Assembly: GCA_964514995.1 (NCBI GenBank)
Contig: CAZETA010000002.1
Location: 10,530-74,529 of the forward strand
From: an uncultured Gammaproteobacteria bacterium
Lineage (GTDB): Bacteria > Patescibacteriota > Patescibacteriia > Magasanikbacterales > GWA2-37-8
Reading direction: 5' to 3'
DNA length: 64,000 nt
Position numbers and translations under genes: made by a program. The first letter of the stretch is position 1, and every line of letters begins with the position of its first letter. This document shows positions 57,328-64,000 of this stretch, one piece after another. The notes beneath the pieces are model-generated. The model ran no database searches. It had not been told where the DNA came from and saw nothing but the letters and a program-made list of their open reading frames with translations.

Positions 57328-57620
57328 AGATTTTTGTATAGTTTACTAATTTATAGTATATCAGTGATATTTTTTTTGCCAATATACAAAAACCCGCTCA
57401 AATTCTTGGGCGGGTTCGTTGGGCTTTAATTATTTTCTTTTCTTGCTAGCCTTTTTTGCTAGCATTTCTCGCTTGGCCGCTAATCTCTTCTTGGTTTTTG
57501 GAGAGTGCCTTGATTTTGATAATTTTTTTAGTCCGGTTGGTCTTTTAGCCATAGGAATGTAATTAGAAATTTGAATAATGAATATAGTATACCAGAAAAA
57601 TGAGAAAATTTCAAGAGCAA

Positions 57621-58202
57621 TTATTTTATTCCCATGAGTTTTTTTAGTGCTTTCATTTTTTTCGGATCAAGTTTTGCTTCAAGTAGAGTGGTTTTTAGAT
57701 AATTATCTTCTTTTCGTTTTAGAATAATATCCACAAATTTATCAAACGTAACACTGATTAGTTTTATTTTTTCTCCGCTATCTAGTTTTTGTTCAGATAC
57801 CTGTTTGCAATCTTTGGCAATGAAATAAAATACGGCCCAGTCAACTTTAAGTACTGGTTGAAAGGATTTTAGCAATGTCCATTTATTAGAGGTATAACCT
57901 GTTTCTTCAAGCAATTCTCTTTTTGCCCCTGCGAGAGGTGTTTCTCTATCTTCAATCCTTCCAGTCAGTAGTCCAATCTCTGCTTTTATGCCAGGCTGGA
58001 CTTCGTTGGCGATAATAATTTTATCGTCTGTGGTGACGGGAATGATAACCGCAGAGTCATCACGTTTTATTTTTTCAAAAGATGCAGTGCTGCCATCATA
58101 CATCTTTTGCGGCCATTGATAGACATCAAAAATTTCGCCTTGGAAAACACGTTTGGCGTGGGAGGGGATTGGTTGTTTTGATTTTGGTCGGATGATTTTC
58201 AT
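57621..58202 (-). CDS. NUDIX hydrolase
   Basis: Nudix box GRIEDRETPLAGAKRELLEETGY. Confidence 0.75.
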   Translation of the reverse strand: MKIIRPKSKQPIPSHAKRVFQGEIFDVYQWPQKMYDGSTASFEKIKRDDSAVIIPVTTDDKIIIANEVQPGIKAEIGLLTGRIEDRETPLAGAKRELLEETGYTSNKWTLLKSFQPVLKVDWAVFYFIAKDCKQVSEQKLDSGEKIKLISVTFDKFVDIILKRKEDNYLKTTLLEAKLDPKKMKALKKLMGIK

Positions 58203-58744
58203 AGCTGATTTTGTTTTTTAGTAGCTAACCACTGATGAATAAGTTCTTGGTGATGTGGTTTGCAGAGACAGCACCATACATCAGGATGTTCCGCTTGCTC
58301 TCGCCAATGATCTTCCATATTCATCCAGCGCACTTCTGAAACCTCGCCATCAGTTTTTGTTAAATCGATAGTTGGCTCGTTAAATAAAATTACATATCGT
58401 TCGACAAAAACTTTTTCTTCGGGTTTTGTTATGGCCTCTATTAAGAAAAGATCTTCTTCTGAAATGTTAATGCCCGCTTCTTCTCGCAGTTCGTTTACGG
58501 CCGTTTGTTTGAAGGTTTCATGTTCTTTGACATGTCCACCAAACCAGCTTGCCCATTTGCCTGGGTTTGCAGTGAGGTGGGGAGCTCGTTTGGAGCAGAG
58601 AATCTGCCCGGCATTGTTTACTAGCCAGACGCAAGCAATACCGTACCAGTATTTATTTGGTTTAGCTTTGACTTCTGACTTAGGTCGACCCTCAGTCGGA
58701 TTTTTGTTTTCATCAAAACACTGTAGGATTTCTTCTTGGGTCAT
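58199..58744 (-). CDS. NUDIX hydrolase (second, adjacent)
   Basis: Nudix box GGHVKEHETFKQTAVNELREEAGI. Confidence 0.75.
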   Translation of the reverse strand: MTQEEILQCFDENKNPTEGRPKSEVKAKPNKYWYGIACVWLVNNAGQILCSKRAPHLTANPGKWASWFGGHVKEHETFKQTAVNELREEAGINISEEDLFLIEAITKPEEKVFVERYVILFNEPTIDLTKTDGEVSEVRWMNMEDHWREQAEHPDVWCCLCKPHHQELIHQWLATKKQNQL

Positions 58745-58754
58745 AGTTTTTGTA

Positions 58755-59372
58755 TTATAGTTCTATGCCAAAAGTCTGTAAATCCTGCCTTAATTGTTCG
58801 TTATTTTTGAATAATATCGGATGGTAGCCAATCTCCTCTGCTTTTTCCAGACTTTTTTGTGCGTCGTCTATAAAAATGGTTTCTTGGGGCAAAACCTTTA
58901 GCCGAGTAAATAGTATTTCAAATATTTCTTTATGGGGTTTTTGACAGCCAACTTCGGCGGAGACGATGGCCGTGTCTACCATACCAGAGATTTTGTATTC
59001 ATCCCATTCTTTTTTGACAGCCATTGTAGCGTTGCTTATGATACCAATTTTAAACCCTTGTTTTTTTAAGATGCGAAACCAAGACAGTAGCTCTGTGTTC
59101 AGTCTTTTATCCAATTGGCGTTGTCGAATGAGAATTCGCGCTTCGTCTTCTTTGGTTCGGTTTTGTTTAAAGCTGAGGGCTGTTTGTATGGCCACTTCTT
59201 CGAAACTTTTATTCTCCACGTTGATGAGGTAATTTAGGCTAAAATATTTCTTGCGAAAATCTTCTGTGGGTATATGAAACAATTCGGCCAGCAGACTAAA
59301 AATGTCTCCCGGCGGGTAGAGAGATATCACTCCATAATAATCAAAACAAACAGCTTTAATACCAGAAGGCAT
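58755..59372 (-). CDS. HAD-superfamily hydrolase
   Basis: Motif I (VCFDYYGVI) and motif IV (IFIDDAQ). Confidence 0.7.
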   Translation of the reverse strand: MPSGIKAVCFDYYGVISLYPPGDIFSLLAELFHIPTEDFRKKYFSLNYLINVENKSFEEVAIQTALSFKQNRTKEDEARILIRQRQLDKRLNTELLSWFRILKKQGFKIGIISNATMAVKKEWDEYKISGMVDTAIVSAEVGCQKPHKEIFEILFTRLKVLPQETIFIDDAQKSLEKAEEIGYHPILFKNNEQLRQDLQTFGIEL

Positions 59373-59377
59373 ATTTT

Positions 59378-60601
59378 TTAGAACGCCGATTCCTGTTTTA
59401 TATTAGGGCGCAAAACCTTAAAAGATAAGAGGAAACAAACAAAAATGAGTATGCATGCCAGCAAAAACGGATAACGGATTGATAGTAGCGTAGCCACGCC
59501 ACCACCCGCGATCGGTCCGATGATCATACCGATGCTTTGGTAAGAACTGCTGATACCCATCATACTGCCTTGTGATTTGGCGTCAGTTTCTTGGGAGAGA
59601 ATGGTCGGGATTAGTGTCTGCGCAATCCCGTTAAATAGAGCTAAAATTATGACTCCGAGAACGAATACGGCAACTGAATGAGAGATGGCGATGATCAAAA
59701 ACGAAAGAGCGGTAAAGAGTATGCTGGTACTAAAAGCTTTCTTAATGCCGAGTTTGTTGGAGAATCTGCCCACAATCAGATTCTGAGTGATTAGTCCTAT
59801 GATACCAAATAGTGTGAAGAGGTATGAGTTGGCGGTATCAGACAGATGCAGTACATTCATAGTAAACGGCTGGAAACCGTAGATAAGAGCCGCCGCAAAT
59901 GAAAAGAAGAACAGCAGTGAAATCAGAAATGTCATACCGACGGCTGGGTCAAATAGCGCGTGCCAGAGTTTTGGTAGATCAAACAGCTTGCCTTCTTTGA
60001 CTTCGCCCATGTGGGCGTTAGTTTCCGGTAGATAGAAGAATGTAAGTACAGCAGCCAGAACGGTCACTATGCCGGCAATAATAAACGGTAGGGCCGTGGA
60101 TATGGAAACAGTAAAGGCGGCGATTGCGGGGCCAAAAATAAAGCCAAAATTAAAAGCTGAACTAATGGTGCCAAATGCCTTGGCCCGCTCCTCAGGTTTG
60201 GTTGAGTCAGAAATTACGGCAAAGGCAACGGGGATGTTACCTGCAGTGAGGCCATCAAGCGCCCGCGCAAGGAATAAGACTATCGAGTTGGGAGCAAAAG
60301 CCATGAGGAAAAATGATGCGGCCGTACCCAAAATAGAAATAATAAGCATCGGTCTACGGCCGTATTTGTCTGACATACGTCCGATGATGGGGGTGGAAAT
60401 AAACTGGAATACCGAATAGACAGCAAACAGCATTCCGTTTTCAAAATCAGATAAACCAAATTTTTTGGAGTATCCGTACATAAGCGGAATGATGATGCCG
60501 TAACCAAGCATGTTGACGAGCGCAATAAGCGCAATAATAAGAATGTTTTTGTTTTTAATTATCATATACAGGTAAACTAAAAATGAACTATGTGTGCGCA
60601 A
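59378..60601 (-). CDS. MFS transporter
   Basis: 12 TM helices; MFS signature GRMSDKYGRRP. Confidence 0.8.
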   Translation of the reverse strand: MRTHSSFLVYLYMIIKNKNILIIALIALVNMLGYGIIIPLMYGYSKKFGLSDFENGMLFAVYSVFQFISTPIIGRMSDKYGRRPMLIISILGTAASFFLMAFAPNSIVLFLARALDGLTAGNIPVAFAVISDSTKPEERAKAFGTISSAFNFGFIFGPAIAAFTVSISTALPFIIAGIVTVLAAVLTFFYLPETNAHMGEVKEGKLFDLPKLWHALFDPAVGMTFLISLLFFFSFAAALIYGFQPFTMNVLHLSDTANSYLFTLFGIIGLITQNLIVGRFSNKLGIKKAFSTSILFTALSFLIIAISHSVAVFVLGVIILALFNGIAQTLIPTILSQETDAKSQGSMMGISSSYQSIGMIIGPIAGGGVATLLSIRYPFLLACILIFVCFLLSFKVLRPNIKQESAF

Positions 60602-60642
60602 GTATAGCAGATAGTTCAGGTTTTATCTAGAGGGGAGCCCGG

Positions 60643-60882
60643 TTATTTTTTTACGACCACAATCGTGCATTTGGTTACGACCGCCGTAATAGCGCCGACG
60701 GCAGCCAAAACGGGTACGAGGATAACTCCGACTGCGCCCCAGGTAAGGGGGATTTCCATAATTACTTCACCGGTTTCTTTTTTGATGATAATTTTTCTGG
60801 CATTGCCGGCTTCAATAATTTGTTTTACTTTTTCTTTTATTTCCTTGCTGGAAATTTTGAACTCTTCTTGTTCTTCGGGCAT
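60643..60882 (-). CDS. Small DUF4342-like protein
   Basis: 'KEKVKQIIEAGNARKIIIKKETGEVIMEIPLTWGAVGV...VVTKCTIVV' resembles DUF4342. Confidence 0.4.
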   Translation of the reverse strand: MPEEQEEFKISSKEIKEKVKQIIEAGNARKIIIKKETGEVIMEIPLTWGAVGVILVPVLAAVGAITAVVTKCTIVVVKK

Positions 60883-60908
60883 ATAGTATTAAAGATTGGT
60901 AGCTTAAA

Positions 60909-61289
60909 TTAGTCGCTAACCACGACCGAAAATCCCCCATACGCCATGCGTTGCATATCGAATGGCATTTCTTTGTTCTTTTGCTGGTCAGGGTGCATGG
61001 CCGGATCTTTCATCACTTTAGCATTTACTTGATCGCGATGTTTTTTATTTTTGAATTCTATATAGGAAAACCAAACTGTCTCGGTTGGTTTGGCCTTGGC
61101 CATGATAGGGAAGGTAAATGTAATATAGGGCGGTTTGGCGTCGTTAATTTTACATTCTTTGTATCCAAGCGCGCCATATTTGAGCCAAATTTTCGCGCCC
61201 TCTCTGGCCATGTTGCGGTACGCAGCCTCTTTCTTTTTAGGAATCACGAGAACAAATCCGTCCACATAGCCGACGTTGCTTTTTGACAT
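60909..61289 (-). CDS. DUF1428 (YbaA-like) family protein
   Basis: 'YVDGFVLVIPKKKEAAYRNMAREGAKIWLKYGALGYKEC' resembles DUF1428. Confidence 0.45.
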   Translation of the reverse strand: MSKSNVGYVDGFVLVIPKKKEAAYRNMAREGAKIWLKYGALGYKECKINDAKPPYITFTFPIMAKAKPTETVWFSYIEFKNKKHRDQVNAKVMKDPAMHPDQQKNKEMPFDMQRMAYGGFSVVVSD

Positions 61290-61308
61290 ATAGTTTAAAA
61301 TTAATGAG

Positions 61309-61623
61309 TTAATGCTTTATTTTTTTAGACTTTCTCTCTAATATCCATTTCTGTGAAGAATTCATGGGTTTGTCCTTGCGATGAGTGCAGCCCATCCAAC
61401 AACAGGGGCGACGTATGCCGTCTTTCAATTCCGACACCACTCGCGCCACATGGTCTTTTCTCGTTTCTGCCTGCTTTACTGAGATAGTCCAACAGATCCA
61501 TTCGTTGCGCGCGAGCGGGGTAATGCCCTCCCATTTTTTTAGGGCCATTTTGTCAGTAGCCAGCGCTTTGCGCAAATCTGTCGGCAGTTGGTGAGGGAGA
61601 TTGAGAGGTTCTTTTTTAGACAT
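61309..61623 (-). CDS. YdeI/OmpD-associated family protein
   Basis: 'LRKALATDKMALKKWEGITPLARNEWICWTISVKQAETRKDHVARVV' resembles the YdeI family. Start moved to the ATG at 61623. Confidence 0.45.
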   Translation of the reverse strand: MSKKEPLNLPHQLPTDLRKALATDKMALKKWEGITPLARNEWICWTISVKQAETRKDHVARVVSELKDGIRRPCCWMGCTHRKDKPMNSSQKWILERKSKKIKH

Positions 61624-61912
61624 AGCTATTTCTGCGAAAAAGTATCTCAGGTTAGATGCAAAAAAATATTTATGATACCACTGTATCATAGAGTTTGCAT
61701 TCCGCCCAGCGCTTAGTTTTTTGGCACAGCCGTATCTTACGGCAAGATGCCATATTTTCTGTGGATAAAATATTTTGACATAAAATTTTTATACTACTAC
61801 AATGTGTAGTAGATATTGAAATCATGTGTTCACCTAACCATACCGCCTATGTAATATATACTCAGTTTAATTTTATTATGCAATACATTTAAAATACTAG
61901 AATATTTATAGT

Positions 61913-62731
61913 ATGTTCGAAAATATTTCAGGTAAACAGGGGTTTGTCTTTGGCCTCCTTTCCGGAGCGGGGCTGCTAGCCGTTATTGGTTCGGCTATCA
62001 TGGGTTCGCTGGTGTTAACCAGAGAGAAAAGCGCCTTGGTCAGTACTCAGCCCGTCCAGGTAGCCGCCAATCAACAGGCCGCAAATCAGCCGGCTGCGCT
62101 GCCAACCAATATTCCGAAAACCAATAAGCCAAAGGCCGAGCTCTTTGTCATGTCTTATTGTCCGTACGGTATGGATATGGAACAAAACGCCTTTATTCCA
62201 GCGTACAATTTGCTCAAAGATAAGGCAGATATTAGCGTGAAGTTTGTCTCCTATGCTATGCATGGCAAACAAGAAGTAGAAGAAAACACCCGTCAATTTT
62301 GTGCTCAACAACAAGATGCCGATAAGTATTTCAAATATTTAAATTGCTTCAATGCTACCAACAACAGCGCCAATTGTTTGCAACAAGCCGGACTGGATGA
62401 GAAGAAGCTAAACCGTTGTATCGATGATACAAATAAAAAATACGGTATTTTGGATAAGTATAACGACCAGAGCACATGGCTTAGCGGCAGATATCCGCTC
62501 TATCCTATACATGAAGAATTAAATAATACATACGGCGTACAAGGATCGCCAACGCTGGTTATTAACGGCGCTCAAGTGAATGCTGATCGTACGCCGGCTG
62601 GAGTCGCAGCAGCTATTTGCGCTGCCTTTAACAAGGCGCCTGCCGAATGCGATCAATTCTTGGCGCAGGCGGCAACGGTACAACCGGCAGTGGCGACAAA
62701 TCAAAATACGGGCGGAGCGTGCGGGGGATAA
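61913..62731 (+). CDS. Hypothetical secreted protein (N-terminal TM/signal; Cys-rich mature domain)
   Basis: Signal anchor then a Gln/Ala-rich linker; no confident family. Confidence 0.4.
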   Translation: MFENISGKQGFVFGLLSGAGLLAVIGSAIMGSLVLTREKSALVSTQPVQVAANQQAANQPAALPTNIPKTNKPKAELFVMSYCPYGMDMEQNAFIPAYNLLKDKADISVKFVSYAMHGKQEVEENTRQFCAQQQDADKYFKYLNCFNATNNSANCLQQAGLDEKKLNRCIDDTNKKYGILDKYNDQSTWLSGRYPLYPIHEELNNTYGVQGSPTLVINGAQVNADRTPAGVAAAICAAFNKAPAECDQFLAQAATVQPAVATNQNTGGACGG

Positions 62732-62789
62732 AAATTAGTGCGGGCAATAGCCGACCGTCATGCTTTTCGGCTGGCGGTCGGTTTTTTTG

Positions 62790-64000
62790 TTATATAATTA
62801 TTTTTTGATCTGCGAAAATTTTTTGTTCAAGTCGACCAAAATCGTATTCTCGTGGGAAATTTTTTTCAAAAAGCCGCATCGCCGGTTCGTCTGTATATTC
62901 GTTTCGTCGCGCAGCCAAATGCATAGCTAAAATCATTTCTTCAGGTTCCCCGACACAATCAAGCGGTTTGAATCCCTTGATGCCAAGCAATCGTCTGAAG
63001 ATTGGCAGGAGCCGCCTTCTATTATAGAGATCAGCGCCAAAGATATTAACCAATTCTTTTTTTGGCAGAAACGCCGAAAAACAAGCAAAGAGAAAAACGC
63101 ATTTGGGGCATCGGTTACACCAGTAATTTGTACGCGACAGACGCTGGACTAAGCGCGGCTCCCAAAAATATGTATTGCAACTGGTAACATCATAGAAGTA
63201 TTGGGGGTAGGCTGCAAAACGCTGTACGATTTCAAGCTCGCTATACTGCCGTAACAACGAATGTGTGGAGATGCTCGGAGTTATACATGATCGAATATAA
63301 TCGTTGATGAGTTTTTCTGCCTCAGAGGATTTACACCACTGATGATTGACTGGCAGATCGAGGTAAGTGAGATTGCCAAAATCAGCGCTGCGTTCGTTGG
63401 AAAAAACGATTGCATCGTAGCCCAGCACTTCAGCAAGCAAAACCGAAATAAAAGTGAACATCGAGACCGATGGATACGCGCCGGACAAAAACATCCACGG
63501 GTCACGCCGACGAATCACGCGCACACTTTTTGCGCCCACAAGCTTGGCTATGCGTTCGTGAGCGGGCGTAGGAGCGAACGCGAAAAAATCAAAGTCTGTC
63601 TTTGACGTTTTTAACATTTCTGCCGACAGAATAGAATCTTTACCCGCGCCGTTTAGGAGTAGTGACCGTGCGGGCAGTGTGAGTTGTGTGGGCGGCGGTA
63701 GTGTAATGGTATCGTCGTATGGAAAGGCGATGAGATCGTGAAAGTCGATTTTGTTAGCATAAAAAAATTCTGCCAAGCCGTTGAGGTAGAGGGTGTCCCA
63801 AAATTTAGCCTGCTCACGAGTAAGTGAGAATCCTTTGATATTGATATTACGTGTCCGAAAAACAGACCAGTAGTTGATGCCGAGGATAAGAAGCAGCGCT
63901 TGTAGGGTTGGCTCTAAGACGGATTTGGGAACCGCATCCCATAATTCCGGCGGTACATCGGGGAAGTATAGTTGGTCGGTAAAAATTTTAGTGACGCCAA
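62790..64000 (-). CDS. Hypothetical PP-loop-like (GAGKDS) protein with a C-terminal CxxCxKC motif; the reading frame stays open upstream to the window edge, so likely 5'-partial
   Basis: The ORF-track start at 63776 is a TTG. The frame has no stop from 63777 to 64000 and translates protein-like (…ELWDAVPKSVLEPTLQALLLILGINYW…). Confidence 0.35.
   Translation of the reverse strand, partial: GVTKIFTDQLYFPDVPPELWDAVPKSVLEPTLQALLLILGINYWSVFRTRNINIKGFSLTREQAKFWDTLYLNGLAEFFYANKIDFHDLIAFPYDDTITLPPPTQLTLPARSLLLNGAGKDSILSAEMLKTSKTDFDFFAFAPTPAHERIAKLVGAKSVRVIRRRDPWMFLSGAYPSVSMFTFISVLLAEVLGYDAIVFSNERSADFGNLTYLDLPVNHQWCKSSEAEKLINDYIRSCITPSISTHSLLRQYSELEIVQRFAAYPQYFYDVTSCNTYFWEPRLVQRLSRTNYWCNRCPKCVFLFACFSAFLPKKELVNIFGADLYNRRRLLPIFRRLLGIKGFKPLDCVGEPEEMILAMHLAARRNEYTDEPAMRLFEKNFPREYDFGRLEQKIFADQKIII

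Noticed and set aside
1-64000. CRISPR arrays, rRNA genes, IS/transposase genes
   Set aside because: No regularly spaced direct repeats, no rRNA-like conserved stretches, and no DDE/transposase-like ORFs were seen. The only recombinase is the serine integrase.

Overview
This window is low-GC (roughly 38-42%) and gene-dense. By gene content it looks like a reduced-genome bacterium, possibly CPR/Patescibacteria-like; that is an inference, not a database result. Core housekeeping genes are clear: recA, ftsK, rpoB-rpoC, yebC-ruvC, ruvA, ileS, gatB, rplA, and a thymidylate/nucleotide-salvage block (tmk-folA-thyA-dut-dCMP deaminase). There is also an rpiB-rpe-trxB pentose-phosphate/redox operon and a VKOR-DsbA disulfide pair.

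The main accessory region is about 6.3-14.9 kb. It reads as an element integrated beside a tRNA-Ala/Phe/Pro cluster. A large serine recombinase stop codon overlaps the 3' end of tRNA-Pro. The element also carries a frameshifted Prim-Pol/P-loop primase-helicase, an excisionase-HTH-fused SF2 (ResIII-type) helicase with an overlapping zinc-ribbon gene, a bPH-domain membrane protein, and hypotheticals. At its left edge sits a sharply anomalous ~65% GC island encoding a foreign-looking ~150-aa ORF.

Two further GC-anomalous segments stand out. One is at 20.3-20.7 kb in the ftsK-rpoB intergenic region. The other, at 54.2-54.5 kb, is a promoter/terminator-bounded small Cys-rich ORF.

A ~90-100 bp structured element occurs twice, each time immediately after a stop codon inside an operon (yggU-like to malic enzyme; yebC to ruvC). 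Two genes are split by single-nucleotide homopolymer frameshifts. No CRISPR array, rRNA or IS transposase was recognised.
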